Assembly: GCA_963801355.1 (NCBI GenBank)
Contig: CAWDEM010000008.1
Span: 2,880,001 to 2,944,000, forward strand
Direction: 5' to 3'
Source: Ignavibacteriota bacterium
GTDB taxonomy: Bacteria; Bacteroidota; Ignavibacteria; UBA10030; UBA6906
DNA length: 64,000 nucleotides
Made by a program: the position numbers and the translations under genes. Of the stretch, positions 51,344 to 59,762 are shown in pieces. A model generated the notes under the pieces. That model was not told where the DNA came from, ran no database searches, and saw nothing but the letters and a program-made list of their open reading frames with translations. How positions within the stretch are numbered: the first letter of the stretch is position 1; the number at the start of each line of letters is the position of its first letter.

Positions 51344-52267
51344 CTATTTCACCTGTTCTGATGTAAGTTGGATGAGTCGCACCGGCATCGTGACCGGCAC
51401 CAGCCCGCTGTTCAGAAGGACTTTCTGTCCCTGAATGCCGGTTGCAAAAGAAATAAAGCCCAGCGAAAGATCTCTGTTGAGTTCGCGCGTATAGATCTTT
51501 ACAGGCGTGCTAATGGGATAATATCCTTTGTACACATATCCCTGGACGGGAGTATAGGCTTTGCCGATTGCTTGCGTCGAATCAGCCGCCACGCCCGGCC
51601 GTGACAGTCCCATAATACGGAATTCCTGGTCCACCCCTTTGAGCCATGCGACATTCACCACGCCGATGGCGTTGCGCCGTGTCCGCACATATTCCACCAG
51701 GTTGCCGCTGCCGGAAATCACGCTGGCCGACAGGGCGAATTTCTTCCCGCGGAGCACGAGCGCCCGGAGAATTTCATTGGTGCTGGAGTTGACATCGCTG
51801 ACGGCGATATCGATATTCCCGCCGGCCTTCCACTGGGGCCAGGCGGTCACTGCGCCCGACAGAATACTATCCACCTGGCCGACGCGCAGCTCCTTCACCG
51901 GATTGTCGGGGTGGGCGATGATGGCGATCGCCGATTGCGCCACATGGTATTCTTCGAACCAGGTCTTGGCGGCGGTGAGGCTGTTGCGCTCTTCGGCATT
52001 GAGCGAACGCGCAATCGCGATGACGTGCACACTGTCATTGACAAAATTCGCCGTCGCCTCCCGCGCTTCCACGGACCGCACATCCACCCGTGCATCGGGA
52101 TATTGCGAATGAAACTCCTCCGCAACCAGACGCAGGGCGGGATAGACGGCTTCGTCGCAGTCGATCCGGAGTGAACCCCTGGTGATGTTCGTCGAACCGG
52201 GCTCGCGGGTGCATCCCGCAAGCAGGAGCACCAGAGACGCACAGAGAGAGAGTATGAATCGGTTCAT
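51344..52267 (-). CDS. PstS-like substrate-binding lipoprotein (no ABC permease nearby)
   Basis: Lipobox LLLAGC; AIAIIAHPDNPV, NSST, NAIGVV, YPISTP, GQKVLLNSGLVP. Confidence 0.8.
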   Translation of the reverse strand: MNRFILSLCASLVLLLAGCTREPGSTNITRGSLRIDCDEAVYPALRLVAEEFHSQYPDARVDVRSVEAREATANFVNDSVHVIAIARSLNAEERNSLTAAKTWFEEYHVAQSAIAIIAHPDNPVKELRVGQVDSILSGAVTAWPQWKAGGNIDIAVSDVNSSTNEILRALVLRGKKFALSASVISGSGNLVEYVRTRRNAIGVVNVAWLKGVDQEFRIMGLSRPGVAADSTQAIGKAYTPVQGYVYKGYYPISTPVKIYTRELNRDLSLGFISFATGIQGQKVLLNSGLVPVTMPVRLIQLTSEQVK

Positions 52268-52458
52268 GGTCGTCTCGGTCGATTGAACGTGATGACAAAC
52301 CGATATAGCCCGTAAAGAACTATGACAGCACCGAAGATGATCCGGTACTCATCCGGCAGGTCCCACCTCACCGGAACGAGCACACCGAGCATAATCAACA
52401 CACCACACGCCATCGCTCCGGCCAGGAGCACGAGGATCACATAGCGAACGATCTGCAT
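52264..52458 (-). CDS. Small 2-TM membrane protein
   Basis: MQIVRYVILVLLAG...IFGAVIVLYGLYRF; ATGA overlap with the next gene. Confidence 0.65.
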   Translation of the reverse strand: MQIVRYVILVLLAGAMACGVLIMLGVLVPVRWDLPDEYRIIFGAVIVLYGLYRFVITFNRPRRP

Positions 52459-52494
52459 CGGTCCGTCTGCTTCAAGAACCCCGGGCCCAAAATA

Positions 52495-52532
52495 CCGGGA
52501 GAGAGGCGGGGGTTCCGACCTCCCTCCCCGGT
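52495..52532. terminator. Imperfect hairpin after tonB
   Basis: CCGGGAGAGAGG / CCTCCCTCCCCGG arms. Confidence 0.35.
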
Positions 52533-52553
52533 GACAAACACTCTGGCGTCCCG

Positions 52554-53297
52554 TTACTTGCGGTCGGCCAGCTTGAACCGGAACGGGATGGAGACCCACA
52601 CCGCCACCGGCCCGTTGTTCATGTACGCGGGAGTGAACACCCACTGCTTCGCCGCTTCGATCGAGGGCTCGTTGAAGATTTCGGCGTCGCTTTTGAGGAT
52701 CACGACCTGTTTCGGTCGTCCCTCTTTGTCGACCCAGATCTTCACCCACACCTTGCCTTCGAGGCCCGCGCGCATGGCAAGTTCGGGGTATTTCGGTTCC
52801 ACTTTCTTCACGGGAACCGGTTCTTTCTCCACCGGGACGAAGTCCGCCGGAGGTGCGTCCTCATCGATCCTGATATCCTGCTCGATTTCGACCGCACCGT
52901 CGGTGCCTGCACCTTCGACGATCGGTGCTACTGTCTGGCTCATCTCCGTCTGGGTGGCCATGGTTTGTTCGGCGCTGACCTCAGCGTCAGGCACCGGGAC
53001 GGGAGCACCCACTGTGGGTTTCGCCGAAGGGGCCGAAACCGCGATGGGCGGGGGTGTATTGGCGCTCTGGATCGACGGAGGTGGGCCAAGATCACTGTAC
53101 TTCATGATCCTGACGGTCACCATCGGAGGTTCTTCCTCACTCAAGATGCCGACCAGATAGTACGTGCCGAAAAGGGCGAAATGGATCGCCACGGCGATCG
53201 CAAAGCCTGTCAGCCAGTACTTCTGGTACACCTTCTTGAGTTCGACCGCGCCGTACTGGGCACCTTTATAGGTCGCTGCCGCAGCTACTGCTGGCAT
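52554..53297 (-). CDS. tonB: Energy transducer TonB
   Basis: YGAVELKK, TM helix with His (AVAIHF), Pro-rich linker, TonB-C YPELAMRAGLEGKV...WVFTPA. Confidence 0.9.
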   Translation of the reverse strand: MPAVAAAATYKGAQYGAVELKKVYQKYWLTGFAIAVAIHFALFGTYYLVGILSEEEPPMVTVRIMKYSDLGPPPSIQSANTPPPIAVSAPSAKPTVGAPVPVPDAEVSAEQTMATQTEMSQTVAPIVEGAGTDGAVEIEQDIRIDEDAPPADFVPVEKEPVPVKKVEPKYPELAMRAGLEGKVWVKIWVDKEGRPKQVVILKSDAEIFNEPSIEAAKQWVFTPAYMNNGPVAVWVSIPFRFKLADRK

Positions 53298-53315
53298 GGT
53301 ATCTACCTCCTTCCG

Positions 53316-53810
53316 TTATTTCACTTTCGCCATCAATGCCTTGTCGGCATCGAGTAGCGGCGCAATACTGAAACGCTGGATCCCAGCCGAATTCAGTTCA
53401 TCGATGGTATTCACCATCATCGCATACTTCCCCCCTCTGTCTACTTTGACAAGCACGGTCAGCTTGGGGTTTGCTTGCGATTTTTCCACCAGAAACTTCT
53501 GCATTCCCGCACGTTCGAGTCTCTTGGGCGACTCAATCCCCGTATTCCAGAACATTTCGCCCTTTTCGTTGATGCGGAGGGTCAACAAATTCGATTCAGC
53601 GATCTCCACCTTCACATCCTTGTCGGGCGGAAGATTGATTTCCATTGTCTGCGGACGCGACATGCTCGTCGTGAACATGAAGAACGTCAACAGGAGAAAA
53701 GCCACATCCACCAGCGGCGTCATGTCAATGCGGATGCCGAGGCGGCGGCCTTTCTTGCGCTTTTTGCCACCTTTCTTTTCGCGTGGCGCAGCTACATCTC
53801 CACCAGCCAT
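53316..53810 (-). CDS. exbD: ExbD/TolR family protein
   Basis: RIDMTPLVDVAFLLLTFFMFTT. Confidence 0.92.
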   Translation of the reverse strand: MAGGDVAAPREKKGGKKRKKGRRLGIRIDMTPLVDVAFLLLTFFMFTTSMSRPQTMEINLPPDKDVKVEIAESNLLTLRINEKGEMFWNTGIESPKRLERAGMQKFLVEKSQANPKLTVLVKVDRGGKYAMMVNTIDELNSAGIQRFSIAPLLDADKALMAKVK

Positions 53811-53819
53811 GTCCGCCTC

Positions 53820-54374
53820 CTATTCTCGAGTCGGTCCGGCGAGCTCGGTCACCAGACTGAATCGTGTGATTTGTGTCTTCTGCAGGATGTCCATGACATC
53901 CTCGGCAATCCCGAAATCGGCCTCTTTGTCACCCTTGATCACGGTGACCAATTTCGGATTCGCCGTACGGGCCTGAACCAGGTAGTTCGCCAGCTGGCTC
54001 TTGGGAACGGGATAACTCAGCGACAGGTAGTAATTGTCCTTGAACCTCGTTGGTTCGAGCTTCCCCTCGACAAACACATCGACGTTCTTGTATCCCGTGA
54101 AAAGCCGTTGCCTCAGAATTTGCGAGTCCAGACCCATCCAGATATGGGTCGTGTCGTTGCCGATGACCGTGGATTCCTTTGCAATGTTGATCGTAATCAC
54201 GTTCGACTCGGGCAGTTTGAACTCCGAATGGGAGGAGGGAAGCAGAATCGTCACCTCTTCCTGGGGTTTGAACTGCGTCGTCATCATGAAAAACGTCAGC
54301 AGCAGGAATGCCACGTCCACCAGCGGCGTCATATCAATACGGACGCCTGCTCTGTGCGGTTTGAATTTCGGCAT
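53820..54374 (-). CDS. exbD: ExbD/TolR family protein
   Basis: RIDMTPLVDVAFLLLTFFMMTT, IKGDK. Confidence 0.92.
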   Translation of the reverse strand: MPKFKPHRAGVRIDMTPLVDVAFLLLTFFMMTTQFKPQEEVTILLPSSHSEFKLPESNVITINIAKESTVIGNDTTHIWMGLDSQILRQRLFTGYKNVDVFVEGKLEPTRFKDNYYLSLSYPVPKSQLANYLVQARTANPKLVTVIKGDKEADFGIAEDVMDILQKTQITRFSLVTELAGPTRE

Positions 54375-54391
54375 AACGTGCGTCTCCGCGC

Positions 54392-55174
54392 TTAGTCGTT
54401 CGTGCGGGTGTTGAGAATCTGCACGACGTTGTAGCTGGCTTCGTCGATCATGTACGTGAAGTTATCCACCTTCGTGACAAAGAAGTTGTATGCCACGATA
54501 CCGATGATCGCCGCGAGGAGCCCGAGTGCGGTGTTGATCAGCGCTTCGGAAATCCCGATCGACAGCTGGATGGCGTCAGGAGCACCGCCTGCTTTTGCCA
54601 GAGCGGTGAATGCACGGATCATACCGATAACCGTGCCGAGCAGACCGAACATGGTGGCGATGGACGCAATGGTGGAAAGTGCAATGAGGTTGCGTTCAAG
54701 AAGCGGGGTCTCAAGACTGGTGGCTTCTTCAATCGCGCGCTGCGTTTCCGCCATCTTCTTCTGGGCGTCAAACGACTTCTCCCCCGCAACGGCCTTGTAG
54801 CGCTCGAGACCGGTGCGGATAATGTTCGCAGCGGACCCGCGCTGGGCATCACATTCCTTGATGGCATCGTCGACCCGCCCGTTCATCAAATGGCTCTGAA
54901 TGCTTTTCAGGAATACGGTGATCGAACGCTTGCCGTTGGCTTTGCGCAACGAGAACGTGCGCTCAAAAACAAGTGTGATGTTCATCAGAGTGAGACCGAT
55001 AAGAATCGGCACAACGACCCCGCCCGTGTACACGGTCCCGAGGAGGTTGTCAGGCACAGTGCGGACTTCGCCGTTCTTGAAGTTCGCCGGGTTGCCCAGC
55101 ACGAACATGTAGATCGCGATGGCCACAAGCGCCGTGACAATGATGACGGTGGTAAGGAAAATTGACTGCTTCAT
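54392..55174 (-). CDS. exbB: MotA/TolQ/ExbB proton channel
   Basis: ATMFGLLGTVIGMIRAF, GISEALINTALGL; GGAG RBS. Confidence 0.92.
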   Translation of the reverse strand: MKQSIFLTTVIIVTALVAIAIYMFVLGNPANFKNGEVRTVPDNLLGTVYTGGVVVPILIGLTLMNITLVFERTFSLRKANGKRSITVFLKSIQSHLMNGRVDDAIKECDAQRGSAANIIRTGLERYKAVAGEKSFDAQKKMAETQRAIEEATSLETPLLERNLIALSTIASIATMFGLLGTVIGMIRAFTALAKAGGAPDAIQLSIGISEALINTALGLLAAIIGIVAYNFFVTKVDNFTYMIDEASYNVVQILNTRTND

Positions 55175-55211
55175 TGCTGCACTCCTTGTGTGGAAGTTGG
55201 TACTTCGTGGA

Positions 55212-55571
55212 CTATGCTTGCTGCTCTGCGCCGAAGGCCTTGACGGCCTCTTCGCGGGTCTCCGCCACGTCGAAGACCAGTGTAAGTTTGGTGATGACAA
55301 AAATGTTGTTGATGTTCTTGTTGATCTCACATAGTTTGACGGACCCCTTGTTCCTGGAGAACGTCGTGTGCGCTGACACCAGCACGCCGATCGCCGTGCT
55401 GTTCAGGTATGTCACCTTGCCCAGATCGATAATGAGCTTCTTGGTGCCCTGTTCAACAAAATCGGCAACCGCGCTGCGGAGTTCATCGGTTTCTTCCCCA
55501 CCCACAAGCGAACCTTTAACTTCGATCACACCGATCTTACCGCTCTGGAGTGTTGTGGTCTTGACGGCCAT
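55212..55571 (-). CDS. STAS-domain anti-sigma factor antagonist (paralog B)
   Basis: KLIIDLGKVTYLNSTAIGVLV; GGGAGG RBS. Confidence 0.9.
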   Translation of the reverse strand: MAVKTTTLQSGKIGVIEVKGSLVGGEETDELRSAVADFVEQGTKKLIIDLGKVTYLNSTAIGVLVSAHTTFSRNKGSVKLCEINKNINNIFVITKLTLVFDVAETREEAVKAFGAEQQA

Positions 55572-55627
55572 GGTTCCTCCCAAGGACTTGAGAAAAAGGA
55601 GAGTGAAGTGATTCTGTCAGGAGTGAG

Positions 55628-55642
55628 GCAACAAGAGTGCCA
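55628..55642 (-). promoter_or_regulatory. sigma54 (-24/-12) promoter of the STAS-exbB-exbD-exbD-tonB operon
   Basis: TGGCAC-TCTTG-TTGC, exact consensus spacing, 57 nt upstream of ATG 55571. Confidence 0.8.
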
Positions 55643-55741
55643 TCTCTGCTTCAGCCGGACCCGCATCACTAACCCACAATGAACGCGTGGTTTGACCCCG
55701 CCACTTCAACCTCAACTTTGAGTGTCGCTCCGAATACGTAA

Positions 55742-55828
55742 TGCAAAATGCACGACCTCTATCATCATGCCCCCCCATGTGCTGCAGGAGCCCGAAAACA
55801 GGTCATTTGCGGCGTCGTGCAAAATGCA
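55742..55828. promoter_or_regulatory. Pair of candidate enhancer sites
   Basis: Identical TGCAAAATGCA at 55742-55752 and 55818-55828; flanks TGCACGAC / GTCGTGCA also form an inverted repeat. Confidence 0.6.
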
Positions 55829-55831
55829 ATT

Positions 55832-57145
55832 CTAGAGGCCGTACTTTTTACGCTTGCGCCAGAGCGTCGCAGGATCGATCCCCAGTATCGATGCAGCTTC
55901 ATCAAGATCTTTGGCCATCCGCAATACCCTGATGATGTGCTGCTGCTCAATATCCTCCAGCGACATCGTGCCGTTGGCGGGAGCCATGAGATCCTGGAAC
56001 TCCTCCGGCAGGTGAAACAGCTGAATGGATTGCCCGCGCGCAAGAATCACCGCCCGCTGAATCACGTTTTCCAGTTCCCTGACATTCCCCTTCCATGGAT
56101 ATGCCTGGAGCGCGGACAGTACTCCCGGCGCTATCTCCGCACTGCTGCCGGCCTTCGTCAGAAAGTGTTGTGTAAGGAGAGAAATATCCTCCTGCCGTTC
56201 GCGCAACGGAGGCAGTTTGAGTCTCACCGCATTCAGCCGATAGAACAGATCCTCCCGGAACGAGCCTGCAGCCACCGCTTCTTCAATATCGCGGTTGGTC
56301 GCCGCGATAACGCGGACGTCGACCTTGCTCGTCATCGTTTCGCCCACCCGTTCAAACTCCCGGTTCTGGAGGAACCGCAACAGCTTGACCTGTGTCGGCT
56401 GCGGGATTTCCCCTATCTCATCCAGAAAAATCGTTCCCCCGTCTGCTGCTGCGAACCGCCCCTGCCGGTCCTTGACCGCTCCCGTGAATGCCCCTTTGAC
56501 ATGGCCGAACAACTCGCTTTCCAGCAACGTCGGCGCCAGCGCCGTGCAATTCACGGTGACGAAGGGCTTTGTGCTGCGCGCGCTGTTGTCGTGAATCAGA
56601 TGTGCCAGCAGCTCTTTGCCGGTGCCGCTTTCGCCCTCGATCAGCACGGAGATGCCTGATGCCGCCACCTGTATGGCCAGGTCGATGATGCTGCGCAACT
56701 TCTGGCTTCGCGTCACGAGCATCCCCGTGTCGCGCGTGCGTCGCAGTTCCTCCTTCAGCAGCCGCACTTCCGTCTTCAGCCGGTGGTGATCGTACACTTT
56801 GTCCATGAACCGCTGCAGCTCTGCAAACTCGAACGGCTTCTGCAGGTAGTCGAACGCGCCCAGCTTCATGGCTTCCACGGCGGAGTCAATGCTCCCGTGG
56901 GCGGTCATCAGCACGACAGTCATATCCGGTGCCAGCACCCGTGCTTCGCGCAACAGCTGGATGCCGTCAATGGGCTGCATTTTCAAATCAAACAACCCGA
57001 TGTCAAAGTGTTCCGCCTTCATTCCTTCCACCGCCTGCAGGGGATTCAGAAATGCCGTCACTGCAAAACCGTTTGTCTCGAGTGCGATGCGCACGGTTTT
57101 CTGAATGTTCTGCTCGTCATCCACCAACAGGATTGAGGCTTTCAT
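55832..57145 (-). CDS. sigma54-dependent response regulator (NtrC family, AlgB-like)
   Basis: Receiver (VDDE, FDLKM, QKPF); GESGTGKE, intact GAFTGA, FLDEIGE, WKGNVRELEN; HTH ASILGIDPATLWRKRKKYGL. Confidence 0.92.
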   Translation of the reverse strand: MKASILLVDDEQNIQKTVRIALETNGFAVTAFLNPLQAVEGMKAEHFDIGLFDLKMQPIDGIQLLREARVLAPDMTVVLMTAHGSIDSAVEAMKLGAFDYLQKPFEFAELQRFMDKVYDHHRLKTEVRLLKEELRRTRDTGMLVTRSQKLRSIIDLAIQVAASGISVLIEGESGTGKELLAHLIHDNSARSTKPFVTVNCTALAPTLLESELFGHVKGAFTGAVKDRQGRFAAADGGTIFLDEIGEIPQPTQVKLLRFLQNREFERVGETMTSKVDVRVIAATNRDIEEAVAAGSFREDLFYRLNAVRLKLPPLRERQEDISLLTQHFLTKAGSSAEIAPGVLSALQAYPWKGNVRELENVIQRAVILARGQSIQLFHLPEEFQDLMAPANGTMSLEDIEQQHIIRVLRMAKDLDEAASILGIDPATLWRKRKKYGL

Positions 57146-59052
57146 GCGATCTCTCCCGGCGCCGCGGTGAGTGCGTGCACCGTGTGCACTGGCACCACGA
57201 AGGCAAAGGTACTTCCCTTACCCGGTTCGCTTTCCGCCCAGATGCGGCCTCCGTACATCTGCACGATCTGCCGTGCAATCGCAAGGCCGAGACCGACGCT
57301 CCCCGGCGTGGCGTCCGGCGTCTGTTTCACCTGCACGAACTTTTCAAAGATCCGTGAAAGATATTCCGCCGGAATCCCCACACCGGTATCCTGCACCTCA
57401 AGCCGGATGCCGCCGTCGTCGCGCCGGCCGCGCACGGTCACCGTTCCGCCGGCCGGTGTATACTTCAGCGCGTTGGTAACCAGATTCGTGATGACCCAGG
57501 AAATTTGCTGTTCATCCGCATGCAGCGGCGGAAGGCCGTCCGGCACATCCGCGACCAGCTGCACATTCTTCTCCTGGAATTGAATCTGCAGCGGACGCAA
57601 TGTCGCATCGACGACCTCCTTGAATTGCAGCTCCTCTTCACGCAGCTGGATGCTCCCGGACTCGATCTTGGCCAGTTGCAGCAGCTCCCGCGCAAGCTTG
57701 GTCAGCCGATGACAGTCTTCCTTTGCAGACGTGACCAGTTCTTTCTGACGTTCCGTCAGCGGCCCCAGGATCTCCTGGTTGAGGATGTCCACGCTCATGC
57801 TGATCGATGTCACCGGCGTCCGGAATTCATGGGAGACCGTGGCAATGAATTCCGATTTCATCCGGTCGAGTTCCTTGAACTGCGTGATGTCCTGTAATAG
57901 CAGGAGAACACCGTACAGCCGTCCTTCGCGGTCGCGCAGCGTCGTCAACTTCGGGCGAAAGTACAGGGTCTTGCCCTGCCGCTCGAATTGCAGGAACCCG
58001 ACCGTCTGCTCCTGGTCGTTCCCCCGGCTGTCGGCCGCACGCGTGATCAACCCCAGTATCCGTGCATCCATGATGACATCCGGCAGCGGCTTCCCGATGG
58101 CCTCCATTTCATCGACGCCGAAGAGGTCTGCAACCGTCTTGTTGATGTGTATCACCCGCATCGCCTCGTCGCTCATAATCAGACCATCGGCGATGCTGTC
58201 GACAATCACCTCCGACTTCTTCTTCTCCGACAGGATCTTGTCGATGTTCATCTCGTCGTACTGCCGGAGCCGCTCGGTCATTTTGTTGAACTCCCGGCTG
58301 AGCTGGCCGATCTCGTCGTCGGAGAGCACGTCAATCTTGAGATCAATTTTTCCCGCTCCGATCTGCTTGACGCGGTCGGTCAGCAATTCCGCGGGTGTGA
58401 TGAACGACCGGATGAGCCAGGCGGTGGCGATAATGCTCAGGATGAGACTGATGATGGAGGCCATCATCGATCCGAAGACCGTCTTGTTTGCCAGCGAATG
58501 CGTTTGCGGAATAGCGTTGGAGAGGCCCGCCTGGTTGATTTCAAAGAGCCTGAAGCACAGGTCACGGAGCTCATCGGAGACCGGGCGGACACGCCGGTAA
58601 TAGTAGTCCGCTGCCCCTTCGAACGCCCCCTGCTTGATCCGGGCGCTCATCGAGTCGCCAAGAAGTGTATACTGGGTGTAGGAAGCCCGTATGGAATCGC
58701 GCAAGCGTTCCTGTCCGGGAAGGTCCACGGAACGGACGGCCTGGTCGTACCAGAAGAAGAACGAATTCCGGTTCTCCGTCCAGTTCTTGAAGAGGTCGCG
58801 GTTCTCCGTGAGGCTGCTGTCCCCCGACGGCATTTCACCCTGACTCGCCACCAGAAGCGCGTTGTCCTGCCGTTCCAGCGACTTCATCATGTTCTCGGCG
58901 GCCAGGACGCTTTGATAGTTCTCGCGGATGATTGTGGTGACGCCGGAGGCGATTCCGTAGAAATTGTAGATCGCCCAGTAGCTGCTGGCCAGATTCAGCG
59001 TCACCAGCACGGCAAACGTCCAGACAATTTTGGCCCGGATGGTCTTGATCAC
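57142..59052 (-). CDS. Sensor histidine kinase (TM-periplasmic-TM-HAMP-PAS-HisKA-HATPase; KinB-like)
   Basis: DEIGQLSREFNKM, VSHEFRTP, NLVTNALKYT, DTGVGI, GLGLAI. Confidence 0.92.
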   Translation of the reverse strand: MIKTIRAKIVWTFAVLVTLNLASSYWAIYNFYGIASGVTTIIRENYQSVLAAENMMKSLERQDNALLVASQGEMPSGDSSLTENRDLFKNWTENRNSFFFWYDQAVRSVDLPGQERLRDSIRASYTQYTLLGDSMSARIKQGAFEGAADYYYRRVRPVSDELRDLCFRLFEINQAGLSNAIPQTHSLANKTVFGSMMASIISLILSIIATAWLIRSFITPAELLTDRVKQIGAGKIDLKIDVLSDDEIGQLSREFNKMTERLRQYDEMNIDKILSEKKKSEVIVDSIADGLIMSDEAMRVIHINKTVADLFGVDEMEAIGKPLPDVIMDARILGLITRAADSRGNDQEQTVGFLQFERQGKTLYFRPKLTTLRDREGRLYGVLLLLQDITQFKELDRMKSEFIATVSHEFRTPVTSISMSVDILNQEILGPLTERQKELVTSAKEDCHRLTKLARELLQLAKIESGSIQLREEELQFKEVVDATLRPLQIQFQEKNVQLVADVPDGLPPLHADEQQISWVITNLVTNALKYTPAGGTVTVRGRRDDGGIRLEVQDTGVGIPAEYLSRIFEKFVQVKQTPDATPGSVGLGLAIARQIVQMYGGRIWAESEPGKGSTFAFVVPVHTVHALTAAPGEIA

Positions 59053-59762
59053 AGCAACACCCCCACATAGGGCCCGTGGGCCGTCACGCGGTAGTTCAGC
59101 CGGCCGTCAGCCAGGCTCCAGGTCTGGTGGCGGAACCTGTAGCCCACAACGATGCCGTCCCCGATATGAATGGTGCGCATAACGAGTGACACCTCACCTG
59201 TCACCGCGAGAGAAGAACCGTTGCCGGTGTTTAACCCCTCAAAACTGAAATGGTAGATGCCGGCGGCGCGGGCGGAGAATTCCGTGCCGGCGTCCGTGAA
59301 GCGTACCCCCAGTCCGGTCCCCAGACCGAGGCTTGCCACATTGAAGTGATCGCGTTCGTTGCCGGGGGACTCCGCTTTGGTGTAATCCAGCGAGAGCAAC
59401 ACGGGCATCACCAGCGCGGCGGGGCGGCCGCCGACGAGCGGCGTTTCGGTGCTCAGGGTGGTGCCGAAGAATACGGCGTTCCGCTTCACCCCCTTGAGCG
59501 TGTACCGTGTGTAGCCGAATTGTACATCCAGCATTCCCTGGTGGTACCCGATCATGGGCATCCAGTTGCTGAACGCTATGGCAAGAGAATCACCACCGGT
59601 GTATCCCGCACGGGGCGCAAAGTCGCGCAGCATCGCGCCGGCGGACAGATACCGGGCCTCCCGATCGCTGTATTCCCTCGGTGTTTCGTATTGGGCGAAA
59701 GCACCGGCGGCAACCGCCAGGCACGCTGCCGCAACCATAACCGTCCTGCGCACTCCTCTCAT
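59049..59762 (-). CDS. Exported hypothetical protein, beta-strand-rich
   Basis: Signal peptide ending AFA; amphipathic strands; 4-nt overlaps with both neighbours. Confidence 0.72.
   Translation of the reverse strand: MRGVRRTVMVAAACLAVAAGAFAQYETPREYSDREARYLSAGAMLRDFAPRAGYTGGDSLAIAFSNWMPMIGYHQGMLDVQFGYTRYTLKGVKRNAVFFGTTLSTETPLVGGRPAALVMPVLLSLDYTKAESPGNERDHFNVASLGLGTGLGVRFTDAGTEFSARAAGIYHFSFEGLNTGNGSSLAVTGEVSLVMRTIHIGDGIVVGYRFRHQTWSLADGRLNYRVTAHGPYVGVLL

Noticed and set aside
49512-55174. Agl/Glt-type gliding motor or Tol-Pal
   Set aside because: No Glt, TolB or Pal genes visible; a general motor-TonB-TPR similarity is insufficient
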